From a virus (Duplodnaviria; Heunggongvirae; Uroviricota; Caudoviricetes): a stretch of DNA of 32,816 nt. The stretch is taken from the IMG/VR virus record IMGVR_UViG_3300037484_000317; one strand, 5' to 3'. Under the pieces are notes generated by a model, which worked only from the letters and a program-made list of their open reading frames with translations, ran no database searches and was not told the origin of the DNA. A program made the position numbers and the translations under genes. This document shows, one piece after another, positions 16,564 to 25,335 of the stretch. Numbering within the stretch: the stretch's first letter is position 1; each line of letters begins with the position of its first letter.

Positions 16564-17921
16564 CCCTTCGAAAAATGTCCAATGCCTTCAAGGGCTTCAA
16601 CTTCTACCAGTCGACGTTCGACCCGGTTACGGGCGTTCTCGTCCGCAATGTGGAAGTGCCTGAGCCAGACAAGTCATACTCATCGAGCCCCCGGCCGGGA
16701 ACTCTCGTTCAGTCAGTGGCAAAGAGCCTTGGCGTAGAGTGGGGTGGACTCTACGTGGGGGGAAAGTACCACGAAGCCACTGATGTTTTCGAGAAGCTCC
16801 GACTATCCTGGGCTCGCAAGTATGGTCGGGTCCATCGCACTACTACAATGGTGGGCGGCAAGAAGGTTCGACAGTCATGGGCACACGTACATGACTGGCG
16901 TTCGGAACGTGCCTTCTCTCCCGTGCCTGAAACGATTGACGTCAAGATCACCGACTGGTGCAACTTCGGGTGCGGGTACTGCTACATGGACTCCACGGCG
17001 CAGGGAAAGCACGCTCCGCGTGAGCTGCTTACGAACATCTTCGACGGGCTCAAGGCTGCACCCTACCAGATCGCTTTCGGCGGTGGGGAGCCTACGGCTC
17101 ACCCGGACTTCCCGTGGTTCCTGGAGTACACCAAGTCCAAGGGAACGGTCCCAAACTACACGACCGCGGGGCACATCCTGCGGGATGAAGTCTTCGAGGC
17201 AACCAACAAGTATTGCGGGGGTGTAGCCCTCACGTACCATGCCTTCAAGGGCCCTGAGTACTTCAAGAAGACGTACGACACTTGGCGTTCTCGGTTGGAC
17301 CCACGGGTTCAGCTCAACGTTCATGTGCTCTTCGACAAGGACGTAGCGGACAACCTTCTGGACCTTCAGGAGATTGGACTCCGAGACCTCAACGTGGTCC
17401 TGCTAGCCTACTACCCGGCAATCGGCAGGTCCAACTGGGAACAGATCGCCCCGCGTGGTGTGTACGATGGAACGCTTCCACTCGCACTCAAGGCAGTTCA
17501 GGAGAGCCGATTCAAGATCGCCTTCTCTGAGGGTCTTCTTCCGTACTTCCTGAGCCATCAGCTGCCCGAGGTGGACACTCGTTTTGCTGGACAGCAGGAG
17601 GGTGTCTACTCGTGCTACGTGGATGACAAGGGCCGTGTGAGTCACAGCTCGTTCGATCCACCGAAGGACACTGACCACAATGGTGATCCGGCCGACAACC
17701 GTGGGATTTCGATCTACGACACCAAGTTCCAGAAGATCTGGGAGAAGGGTATGGACGTCCCGCTACCTAGGCACTTCGAGCCCTGCGCCACGTGCGAGTA
17801 CGAATCGCAGTGCCACGTCCCGGAAAAGGCCCACTACCTCACCTGCAAGTTCGCAGAACACAACAAGGCTCCAGTCCTGAATCTCCCCGAGCGTCGGCGA
17901 CGTTTGACTGTGGTAGCTTGA
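16560..17921 (+). CDS. Radical SAM enzyme with a C-terminal Cys-rich (SPASM/Twitch-like) region
   Basis: CNFGCGYC (CxxxCxxC), FGGGEPT, NYTT; C-terminal CATC-x5-C...C. Confidence 0.9.
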   Translation: MTLRKMSNAFKGFNFYQSTFDPVTGVLVRNVEVPEPDKSYSSSPRPGTLVQSVAKSLGVEWGGLYVGGKYHEATDVFEKLRLSWARKYGRVHRTTTMVGGKKVRQSWAHVHDWRSERAFSPVPETIDVKITDWCNFGCGYCYMDSTAQGKHAPRELLTNIFDGLKAAPYQIAFGGGEPTAHPDFPWFLEYTKSKGTVPNYTTAGHILRDEVFEATNKYCGGVALTYHAFKGPEYFKKTYDTWRSRLDPRVQLNVHVLFDKDVADNLLDLQEIGLRDLNVVLLAYYPAIGRSNWEQIAPRGVYDGTLPLALKAVQESRFKIAFSEGLLPYFLSHQLPEVDTRFAGQQEGVYSCYVDDKGRVSHSSFDPPKDTDHNGDPADNRGISIYDTKFQKIWEKGMDVPLPRHFEPCATCEYESQCHVPEKAHYLTCKFAEHNKAPVLNLPERRRRLTVVA

Positions 17922-17938
17922 AATCGTAGGAGAACAGC

Positions 17939-18388
17939 ATGTCACGTCGAATCACCGTAAACGTCGGGTTCATCACCAACTCTTCCTCATGCGTCTACTA
18001 CTTCCCTCGGGAGGTTCTGGATGACCCTGAGGTCAAGGCATTCATCGAAGCATACGGGCTTGGTGGCGGGTACGTGGGATCGGATCTCTGGCACCGTGCA
18101 GAGTGCTCATCCTTTCTCGTAACGAAGGATCAGAAGGTTGAAGCCAAGAAGATCCTTCACTCCTACGGTGATACCGTAGAGGAAATGGACCCGAGCGTTG
18201 GGAGCGAAGCATCTCGCGCAATCAATCCCGACAGTGATGGGGCGTACGTTCTCTACGGGGATGAGTACTCGGACACGACTCACATCCTCTGTGGGATCCT
18301 TTCTGGAGCCATGCACCGTCTCCATGGTGAGAAGAATGTTCCGGAATGGAAGAGCCGCCTGGATGGTTACGTGACGGACTACAACTGA
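17939..18388 (+). CDS. Hypothetical protein with N-terminal FITNSSS motif
   Basis: MSRRITVNVGFITNSSSC; AGGAG RBS; directly after the radical SAM gene. Confidence 0.75.
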   Translation: MSRRITVNVGFITNSSSCVYYFPREVLDDPEVKAFIEAYGLGGGYVGSDLWHRAECSSFLVTKDQKVEAKKILHSYGDTVEEMDPSVGSEASRAINPDSDGAYVLYGDEYSDTTHILCGILSGAMHRLHGEKNVPEWKSRLDGYVTDYN

Positions 18389-18389
18389 A

Positions 18390-18959
18390 GTGGGCTACGG
18401 GACTCTATCCAAGGCTCAGTGCAAAGCGGTGCGGCCCTATGTTGAGGGTCGCACCGTTCATGACATAGGGGCTGGGGATCTTGAGATTGCGAAGAGGATC
18501 ATCGACTTGGGTGCAGAGCACATCGTTGCCGTTGACAAGGAGAGATCACCTTGTCTTCCGTCGAATAGGATCACCCGTATATGGTCCACATTTGAAGAGT
18601 TCGCGGACCCCACGCCCACCTCCATCATCTCGTGGCCGGTGACTTGCGGGGTGCCTGGTCTTTTGCGTATCATTGCTGGGTCCGAGACAGTTATCTACCT
18701 CGGAAAGAACACCGATGGACTCGTGTGTGGTTTCCAAGAGCTGTGGGAGCACCTGTCTGAGCGTGAAGTGCTCGCGCACGTTCCGGAAAAGGAAAACACG
18801 TTGATCGTCTATGGCCAAGTCCAGGGTGTCTTGCACGACCCTCTTCCAGAAGAGTGGGCAGCTCTGCACCTAGAAAAGATTTGGAGCTACAAGAGTTTGC
18901 AGGACATGGAAGGTTGGTTGATAGCACCCCGTATGGGGCGTGCTGCGCGTGTAGGGTAA
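18390..18959 (+). CDS. Putative class I SAM-dependent methyltransferase
   Basis: VHDIGAGD motif I and IVAVD motif. Confidence 0.7.
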   Translation: MGYGTLSKAQCKAVRPYVEGRTVHDIGAGDLEIAKRIIDLGAEHIVAVDKERSPCLPSNRITRIWSTFEEFADPTPTSIISWPVTCGVPGLLRIIAGSETVIYLGKNTDGLVCGFQELWEHLSEREVLAHVPEKENTLIVYGQVQGVLHDPLPEEWAALHLEKIWSYKSLQDMEGWLIAPRMGRAARVG

Positions 18960-18997
18960 GTGTTCGGTTCGATCACCCCGTGTAAGGAGCCTCGTCT

Positions 18998-19201
18998 GTG
19001 AATCTGAAGACCGTAGAGATTGGTATGCTTGTTCTCTCCCCAGAAAAGGGCGCAACTGAGTGGACTGGCGAAGACCAGAAGATCGCTCACCGGCTCGTAA
19101 AGCGGGGGGTTCTTGCAGTAGATCCGGCGGATCCCAGCCTCTTTCGATGCACAGGTGAAGGCACCGCAGCCATCATGGACTTGATGAAGCACCATGGCTG
19201 A
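18998..19201 (+). CDS. Hypothetical protein
   Basis: AAGGAG RBS before GTG. Confidence 0.6.
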   Translation: MNLKTVEIGMLVLSPEKGATEWTGEDQKIAHRLVKRGVLAVDPADPSLFRCTGEGTAAIMDLMKHHG

Positions 19202-19373
19202 CAAGCCAAATCCCGGTTCTGACGAAGCCGCATCCTTGGGGTGCACCTGCCCCCGTATGGACAACAACCGGGGTGGGGGTTACTTGGGCCAGAAGGATGT
19301 TTTCGTACGAAATGCTGAGTGCCACCTACACAAGGGGCCGGTGCTGCGTTTGGTGAAGGGCATGGGACGCTAA
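19194..19373 (+). CDS. Small Cys/His-containing phage protein, 59 aa (MADKPNPGSDEAASLGCTCP...), not in the ORF track
   Basis: Fills the gap; PNPGS...GCTCP...DN...CxxH pattern. Confidence 0.7.
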   Translation: MADKPNPGSDEAASLGCTCPRMDNNRGGGYLGQKDVFVRNAECHLHKGPVLRLVKGMGR

Positions 19374-19374
19374 G

Positions 19375-19569
19375 GTGATTCGCCGCGCACTATGCTGGTT
19401 CTTAGGGCATCGTACCGACAAAGTTGAATTTGTCGGGGAGATAAGCACCAAGAACCTGTCATTTGTGCTTGTGTGCCTGCGTTGTGGGCGGAGTCAGAGT
19501 GGGTACCTGGTGAACAGCAAACGCGGTTGGGACCGTGTGCTGGATCGTTGGAAGGAACCCAACCCATGA
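19375..19569 (+). CDS. Hypothetical protein (LCWFLGH...CLRCG, DUF1660-like pattern)
   Basis: C-x4-H...CxRC pattern; gene packing. Confidence 0.6.
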   Translation: MIRRALCWFLGHRTDKVEFVGEISTKNLSFVLVCLRCGRSQSGYLVNSKRGWDRVLDRWKEPNP

Positions 19570-20108
19570 CAACTTGGGTGATCCTTGAACCAATCCCAGG
19601 TGAGGGTGCCACGCACTTTCCTCCCAGGTGTGTGTGCGAGAAGCACCATGCGGAGAGTCTTGTGGCGGCTTGGGCTGAGAGGTTGGCTGTGGAAGAGCCG
19701 GATGGAATCCTCTCGACTGTGCGTCACAAGGAAACGTCAGAAGCCTGGCTTGATCTGGGTGGCATCATCCAGATCAACAGGAAAATCTACACCCTAAAGC
19801 CCATTGACGGACGGACTTTGACCGTTCCAGCAGGCCACGTAGAGGGCTACCTCAGCATGCTCAAAACTAGGGGGGAACGGGCTCCTGAGGAACTCGGTGG
19901 GATGCCATTCTATACGTTGCCTTCTATGCACCTGAGGATTCTACTCTCATTGTCTCAGTGCGACACCCTCGCACGCATACTCTCAGAAATCTCGATTGAA
20001 GCGGACGCGATTGCCACCATAGAAAACGATTTCTTCAACAAGTCGATCGCAGATTCGGACCATATGGTTGCACCCAAAAGACCCACCGGACGCATATCAA
20101 ATGAATGA
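19566..20108 (+). CDS. Hypothetical protein
   Basis: ATGA overlap; AAGGA RBS. Confidence 0.65.
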   Translation: MTTWVILEPIPGEGATHFPPRCVCEKHHAESLVAAWAERLAVEEPDGILSTVRHKETSEAWLDLGGIIQINRKIYTLKPIDGRTLTVPAGHVEGYLSMLKTRGERAPEELGGMPFYTLPSMHLRILLSLSQCDTLARILSEISIEADAIATIENDFFNKSIADSDHMVAPKRPTGRISNE

Positions 20109-20355
20109 CGATACCCCAGACCGACTCCGGGAACTGCTGGACGAGGCTAGACGAAAACTACCTCTTCCGAAGGTTTCAGACGAGGGGTGTTCTCACGCCG
20201 CAGTGACACCGGTCTTTGATCCTGTGGCTGCACGGGACCTCAGCGACAGTGAGGTGCGTAGGCGGTGGCCCCGATTTGACGGGAAGTGCCCCACCTGTCA
20301 GTGCCTACTGATTTCGTATGCTTCGTACGAGCATTACATCATGGGAGATTGGTGA
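20101..20355 (+). CDS. Hypothetical protein
   Basis: Overlaps the previous stop; CPTC motif. Confidence 0.65.
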   Translation: MNDDTPDRLRELLDEARRKLPLPKVSDEGCSHAAVTPVFDPVAARDLSDSEVRRRWPRFDGKCPTCQCLLISYASYEHYIMGDW

Positions 20356-20361
20356 TTACAG

Positions 20362-20658
20362 ATGAAAAACCCATGCCCTGCATTCTCGGAAGCAACGTTC
20401 GATGCGAGGGCGGAGTTGGACGGGGAGCCACCGAGCTGTAGCAGTGCTTGGCAGAGCGGGTCCGGTGGGCACCGAAGGCACACTGGTGACTGCCGAAAAG
20501 AGGCTACGTGGTGGCACCCGGATGACTGCTTTGCGTACTGCGAAGATCATGTCCCTGAAAGAGACAGGGAGTCCTACGCAAAGCTGTGGGCCACTCGTCC
20601 GTACACCAGAAAGTCAGAAATCCCAGTTGCCGTTCCAGTCGGGGTCCAGGACCGATGA
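20362..20658 (+). CDS. Hypothetical Cys-rich protein
   Basis: Gene packing; converges on the minus-strand gene. Confidence 0.55.
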   Translation: MKNPCPAFSEATFDARAELDGEPPSCSSAWQSGSGGHRRHTGDCRKEATWWHPDDCFAYCEDHVPERDRESYAKLWATRPYTRKSEIPVAVPVGVQDR

Positions 20659-21009
20659 CCACGCTCGTTGCAAGTACCCTGTAGTGTAAAGCACCCCTGA
20701 GAACGGTGTGATGGTCTTGCTGCCATCGGCTCCTTGAAGTGTGGCGGTGCCGCGCACGGGGATCTTCTTTGGTGCTTCTGGGCTGTGGAGGATCACGTCT
20801 TTGACTTGCGTGATTGAACCCCACGTACCTGGTGCAAAGTCACCTGGTAGACGGTCCACTAGGATCGTCCCAGCGTTCGAGACCGTGACGCTGATTGCTC
20901 GGTGTGCAAGTGTCATCCCGTACACTTGCATATGACCCAAGGCTTCGCCCTGTGCGTCTACAGTGAACTTCCCATCGACCTCTTCGGCCTTGGACAGAGT
21001 CAGCTTCAT
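20614..21009 (-). CDS. Hypothetical protein (beta-rich)
   Basis: GGAG RBS; ATGA overlap with the ParB-like gene. Confidence 0.7.
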   Translation of the reverse strand: MKLTLSKAEEVDGKFTVDAQGEALGHMQVYGMTLAHRAISVTVSNAGTILVDRLPGDFAPGTWGSITQVKDVILHSPEAPKKIPVRGTATLQGADGSKTITPFSGVLYTTGYLQRAWSSVLDPDWNGNWDF

Positions 21010-22067
21010 CGGATTGCTCCACGAAGGATCGGTAAGAGGTGCGGTCGAAGTCTGGGATTGGAGTGCGCGAGGCGCACGACGCTCTTGTAGAGCGAAGACT
21101 TCTTGTCTCCCTTGAAGCGGGACTTGTTCTCCGACTTGTACTTTTCCTGGTCGGCTTTGGGGAGTGGCTTCCCAGCAAAGTCCGCCTTGTAGACACCTGG
21201 GAGACTGGCGGCTTCTTCCAAAAGCTCGTCCATGGTCATATCAATCTCTTGGACGTTCATCTCACGGCTGGGGTCGATTGTCAGAAGGGCTGCCCAACGG
21301 TGATGTCCATCGAGGATGTGCCCATCCTTTGAAACGATGACGGAGTCCCCGATGTTGTCGAACTTGCCTTTGAGGTGAGCGTCAGCCATCGAGAAGACCT
21401 TCTCAGCCTTGATCTCTGACTGGGTGGCCTTCATCTTTCCCACGGCCATCTTCTTGCGCGTGGTGGAGATCCCATTCTCTTTGAGGTGGTCGACCATTTG
21501 CTGCATGATGGTCTTGTCGCTCTTCGGATCTGCTCCGGCCTGAACCATGGCCTCGCCCTTCGCAACATCGTCTGGCTTCGAGGAAGCAAGCATGTCCTTG
21601 ACGGACTTCTCACCCTCGATTTGTGGCATCTTGTCGCGAGTGAGTCCCTTGTTATCCCGGCAGACAGGAGGATTCATCTTGCAAATGTCTGCCGCCCGAT
21701 CGATGCCCTTTTTGAGCTTGCGTGAGATCCCCAGGGCCGATTCTGCATCCTTGCCTACGACGGAGATCTTGTAGTCAGCGATCTCTTCCCGAACATCTTC
21801 CGGCAAGTCCTTGACTCCAGCATTGTCCGGCAGGTCCAGCTTCTCAATGTCAACCTTTTTGCTCTCGGGCTTGTCCTGGGATCCCTCTTCAGTAGATGGC
21901 TTCTTCTCTGCCTTCTCGACAGAGTGATTGGACTTGTCCGCGCCCGGGTGCTCCTTGAGGTACTCTCGAAGTGCCTTGTCTGTATTGAAGACCTTGGCCA
22001 CACGAGTTGCAGACGCCCGGTGTAAGATGGAAGAGAGCGCCAGGCGCTTTTCTGACTCGGTAGGCAT
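21006..22067 (-). CDS. ParB/Sulfiredoxin-like domain protein with charged extensions
   Basis: KMKATQSEI...VIVSKDGHILDGHHRWAA. Confidence 0.8.
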   Translation of the reverse strand: MPTESEKRLALSSILHRASATRVAKVFNTDKALREYLKEHPGADKSNHSVEKAEKKPSTEEGSQDKPESKKVDIEKLDLPDNAGVKDLPEDVREEIADYKISVVGKDAESALGISRKLKKGIDRAADICKMNPPVCRDNKGLTRDKMPQIEGEKSVKDMLASSKPDDVAKGEAMVQAGADPKSDKTIMQQMVDHLKENGISTTRKKMAVGKMKATQSEIKAEKVFSMADAHLKGKFDNIGDSVIVSKDGHILDGHHRWAALLTIDPSREMNVQEIDMTMDELLEEAASLPGVYKADFAGKPLPKADQEKYKSENKSRFKGDKKSSLYKSVVRLAHSNPRLRPHLLPILRGAIR

Positions 22068-22099
22068 TGCCCATAGTGTTTGATAAAGGGACCAACGAG

Positions 22100-22273
22100 A
22101 TGAACGGTAAGTGGGAGTGGCAAATCTGGATTCGATATACAGGATCCGCTGTCATCGTGGGAACCTCCCTCATGGTCACTTCGAACACCACGGCCCAAAT
22201 CGTGGGCTGCGCGGTCTTCCTGGCAGCGCTCGTCACGTACGTTGCGCGATGGTGTCTATATGCTCGCGATTAG
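22100..22273 (+). CDS. Small two-TM membrane protein
   Basis: Two hydrophobic segments; AAGGGA upstream. Confidence 0.55.
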   Translation: MNGKWEWQIWIRYTGSAVIVGTSLMVTSNTTAQIVGCAVFLAALVTYVARWCLYARD

Positions 22274-22281
22274 CACGGGCC

Positions 22282-22704
22282 ATGAAAAAGAAGCCAGTCT
22301 ATTCCGCGGTGTTCCTTGACGCAGGTGCAATGCACACCCTGCGTTCGTGGTTTGAGCAAGAGACAGGGCTAAGTGCTCTCCCAGTAGAGCCCTCAAATCC
22401 TCACTTGACAGTGGCAATCAAACCCTCACCCGAAGAGGTCACAGCCATGCCTCTTGGGTACGAAGTGCACCTCACGGTCACGGGTTGGGCCGCCGACGAG
22501 AGTGGTCAGGCACTTACCGTGCGTGGGTTCCCCTCCGACAAGCAGCATCCACACGTCACCCTGGCATTGGCGCCTGGTGTGACTCCCAACTACTCAGATA
22601 GGCTGCTCGCTCAGGGCATTACCCCAGCCCACGGACCAACTGTAGTGGGCACCATCGGCTACTACGACGGGCACGTTCATCTCAGTCTACCGATCGAGAG
22701 CTAG
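22282..22704 (+). CDS. 2H phosphoesterase (cyclic phosphodiesterase-like)
   Basis: Two HxT motifs, PHLTV and PHVTL; YSAVFLD N-terminus. Confidence 0.8.
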   Translation: MKKKPVYSAVFLDAGAMHTLRSWFEQETGLSALPVEPSNPHLTVAIKPSPEEVTAMPLGYEVHLTVTGWAADESGQALTVRGFPSDKQHPHVTLALAPGVTPNYSDRLLAQGITPAHGPTVVGTIGYYDGHVHLSLPIES

Positions 22705-22909
22705 TCTTCTTTCGGACATCCCACCGATCCAAAAGAAGAAACGCCACACCGATTGCGATGAGGTGGTCCAGGTTTTCGTAATCCGACCAAGCAAGGAACA
22801 CAAGGGCTACACTCAGGAACCATCGTGTCAATTGCGAAAACGCCGTGAACGCAGCTATGACAACTCCTAGAGCAAGTTCAGCGTGTGAGCGGGTGTCTTT
22901 AGACATCAT
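22682..22909 (-). CDS. Small membrane protein
   Basis: Two to three hydrophobic segments; ATGA overlap. Confidence 0.6.
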   Translation of the reverse strand: MMSKDTRSHAELALGVVIAAFTAFSQLTRWFLSVALVFLAWSDYENLDHLIAIGVAFLLLDRWDVRKKTSSRSVD

Positions 22910-23160
22910 CGTCTTCTTGCAATCCGCTCCCATAGCGTGGGTGGCGTAATCCAACCCACGATGCAGTCTTCCCGCACACCATTGATGTCTTCAGCAGTCA
23001 ATTGCTGAAGAGCGGTACGGGCTTCTGGTGACTGCCTGGCGACCACCTCCCCAGGCTTCTTGTTCTTCTGGCTCATCATGCCCGAGCATGCTGCAAGGAC
23101 ACAGCGCTCAAAGGCTGCAAGGGGAGTAAGGGGCCTGTCGTAGTCGCTTTTCTTTTCCAT
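22906..23160 (-). CDS. Hypothetical protein
   Basis: Gene packing. Confidence 0.6.
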   Translation of the reverse strand: MEKKSDYDRPLTPLAAFERCVLAACSGMMSQKNKKPGEVVARQSPEARTALQQLTAEDINGVREDCIVGWITPPTLWERIARRR

Positions 23161-23164
23161 TCAG

Positions 23165-23380
23165 TCACCTTGGCTTCGCTTGGATCACAAGCTCCCAATC
23201 CCGTAGGAGCACCGTGTCCTCGATGGTCTGATAGCCTCGGCACGGACCGGGACCACTGAGTCCTATTACGCCGTCACCCTCCACCGAGATGGAGACAACG
23301 CACCACGTTGCGAAGGTTGAGGGCTCTCCATCTTCCCCCACCTCTCTCCAATGTTGTCCGGTGACGATGGCTTGGGTCAT
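23165..23380 (-). CDS. Hypothetical protein
   Basis: Gene packing. Confidence 0.6.
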   Translation of the reverse strand: MTQAIVTGQHWREVGEDGEPSTFATWCVVSISVEGDGVIGLSGPGPCRGYQTIEDTVLLRDWELVIQAKPR

Positions 23381-23381
23381 G

Positions 23382-24281
23382 TTACAGATCCGTGGGCATC
23401 AAGTGTCTAGTCATGGTGACAGGCCAAAGATCCTCCCGGGCCCAGACAGCCCGCCGAGTTCGATCGTAGCGATTTCCAATGCTGTGTGGCTGGTCTTGCC
23501 AGTTGCCATACTTGCTGGTTCCCAGAGATTTGATAATGGCCAGTGCGAACTGATCCGCTGTCTGTCCAACGTACTTTACGCCATCCAAGCACTTGGCTGC
23601 AATAGCCGGGGCATTCACAGAGAACGCATGGTATACGCACATCGCCAAGTCTACCTCTGGGGGCAATGCCGCAGAGGGCAACGAGATGACTGAGTCAAGC
23701 TTCGGGCCCCGTCCAAAGTAGTCGTAGACCATATGCTCATCAATCTTGTTGCCACCTGCAATCCACTCCGCTGCGTAGTTGGACTGCGCGCTCCACGTCG
23801 CAGGACTCACGAATAGCTTGTGGAATCTCTCCGCCCACTTTTGAGCCTTGGAGATGGGCCCTGTTGCAGGAACCTGACCCTCCGGACCCGAGAACTCGTT
23901 GCGAATGTCTCGGCCGGGAACCTTCAAACCATCAGCATTTCGCAGTACACCATCCGGAGAGACATGCCACCCAACAATCTTGAGATTTGCGATGACCTCC
24001 GAGGACACTGCGGGGGCCGCAGAGAACACTCGTGCCAGTAGCGTGAAGAACGACCCTTGAGATAGGTCTTTGGGCGAAACCGCGATGTTGTGGAGGATGC
24101 CCCCCGACATGCCCGCACCGTCGTAACCCTGCACGGTTCCCCAGTTTGCAGCTTCGAGCTGGCCAGCGATGTACACCGCCCGATCGATGTGAAGTGCGGG
24201 GTTGACTGGGTGGTCAAACTTTGGCCCACCACGGACAATGTACCCACTGAACGTTTTGTACTGGACCCATTTTGCCGTCAT
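23382..24281 (-). CDS. Putative lysozyme-superfamily glycoside hydrolase (possible endolysin)
   Basis: LEAANWGTVQGYDGAGMSGGILH resembles the E...YD...S-x-G-x-x-Q/H lysozyme-fold signature; start reassigned to ATG 24281 to avoid antisense overlap. Confidence 0.5.
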   Translation of the reverse strand: MTAKWVQYKTFSGYIVRGGPKFDHPVNPALHIDRAVYIAGQLEAANWGTVQGYDGAGMSGGILHNIAVSPKDLSQGSFFTLLARVFSAAPAVSSEVIANLKIVGWHVSPDGVLRNADGLKVPGRDIRNEFSGPEGQVPATGPISKAQKWAERFHKLFVSPATWSAQSNYAAEWIAGGNKIDEHMVYDYFGRGPKLDSVISLPSAALPPEVDLAMCVYHAFSVNAPAIAAKCLDGVKYVGQTADQFALAIIKSLGTSKYGNWQDQPHSIGNRYDRTRRAVWAREDLWPVTMTRHLMPTDL

Positions 24282-24286
24282 GGAAA

Positions 24287-24307
24287 ACCATACCGCTCGC
24301 GTATGGT
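24287..24307. promoter_or_regulatory. Symmetric inverted repeat / back-to-back -10-like boxes between divergent genes
   Basis: ACCATAC-N7-GTATGGT; each TATGGT lies 5 nt before a start codon. Confidence 0.45.
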
Positions 24308-24312
24308 GGGTG

Positions 24313-24804
24313 GTGACCCATGATGAGCTAGTTTTGAAGGCAGTCCGTTGGCTGAAGTACGTCCAGAAGTGCAAGCCAATCTTCGCCGAGATGGTGACGT
24401 GCGCCCAGACGACTCCGGATGCCATCGGATGGAACTGGGGGGAATCTCGATTAATCGAGGTGAAGGTCTCGCGTTCAGATTTCTTCCGGGACCGGAAGAA
24501 GATCGCACATCGGGCTCCGGACATGGCAATGGGGCGACGTCGCTGGTACATGACACCCACGGGGCTCGTGCGCCCGGAGGAGGTACCAGAGGGTTGGGGG
24601 CTGGTCACCGTGGATGGCGCTAACGCCACGGTCATCGTAGAGGCCCCGGAGAGGGTTCTTGGCTCCCTGGCCCAAACCCAAGAGATGCGGATGCTGTCCA
24701 GCGCCATCCGCCGTCTCACTTTGGGATCCAACTTCAAGGAAGCGACGGGCCGGTGGGAGACCCTAGTGGCCCGATTGGAGCGTCAAGAGAAGCCGATCGT
24801 GTAA
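24313..24804 (+). CDS. PD-(D/E)XK nuclease-like phage protein (MmcB-like)
   Basis: THDEL, PDAIGW, LIEVKVSRSDF, PEGWGL motifs. Confidence 0.8.
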   Translation: MTHDELVLKAVRWLKYVQKCKPIFAEMVTCAQTTPDAIGWNWGESRLIEVKVSRSDFFRDRKKIAHRAPDMAMGRRRWYMTPTGLVRPEEVPEGWGLVTVDGANATVIVEAPERVLGSLAQTQEMRMLSSAIRRLTLGSNFKEATGRWETLVARLERQEKPIV

Positions 24805-24826
24805 TTGTCAGGGGCCCATCCGTTAC
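24800..24826 (+). promoter_or_regulatory. ECF-sigma-type promoter GTAA-N16-CGTTAC
   Basis: GTAA 24801-24804, CGTTAC 24821-24826, GTGAGG, ATG 24842. Confidence 0.7.
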
Positions 24827-24841
24827 CTGGGTGAGGACACC

Positions 24842-25030
24842 ATGACCACGCACAATGTATGCTCGACGCCGTTCGTTCCCGCTCCGATGCCCGAGTGGCA
24901 ACTCCTGGACATTCTTCGTGACGCTCTGCGTAAGCCGACCATGCGCGAATCGGTCGCAATGGTCCGTGGGATGCTCGGGGTCGACGAAGAACAGGCCGTG
25001 TTGTGGCTGGACGCCATGCGCGAGGAGTAA
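24842..25030 (+). CDS. Hypothetical protein
   Basis: GAGGA RBS and promoter motif. Confidence 0.65.
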   Translation: MTTHNVCSTPFVPAPMPEWQLLDILRDALRKPTMRESVAMVRGMLGVDEEQAVLWLDAMREE

Positions 25031-25038
25031 CAAGAGCC

Positions 25039-25335
25039 ATGACCACGCTCCGGGAACAGACCGAAGAGGCGTACCGAGCTGCGCTGGGTCACCGCCAGAA
25101 CGCCCTTCGAACGGCACGATCTGTTTTCCACATGGAGATTTCTCTGGCAAATGCTAACTTCTGGCGTGTGCTTTCAGTCACCACCGAGCAGGCTGCACTC
25201 GATGAGGCCAACAGGGTCCAACATGAGGCTATTCAGGCCGCAAACACCGCCCTGGACGTAGCCGAAAATAACGCCCTTCGAGAAGAGCGGGCAGCAATCC
25301 AAGAGATTCTTCGAAAGATGGATACCGATGGCTGA
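25039..25335 (+). CDS. Hypothetical helical protein
   Basis: GAGGAG upstream; gene packing. Confidence 0.6.
   Translation: MTTLREQTEEAYRAALGHRQNALRTARSVFHMEISLANANFWRVLSVTTEQAALDEANRVQHEAIQAANTALDVAENNALREERAAIQEILRKMDTDG

Noticed and set aside
24282-24737. 5' extension of minus-strand ORF 23382..24737
   Set aside because: It is antisense to a convincing PD-(D/E)XK gene; the real start is more likely 24281
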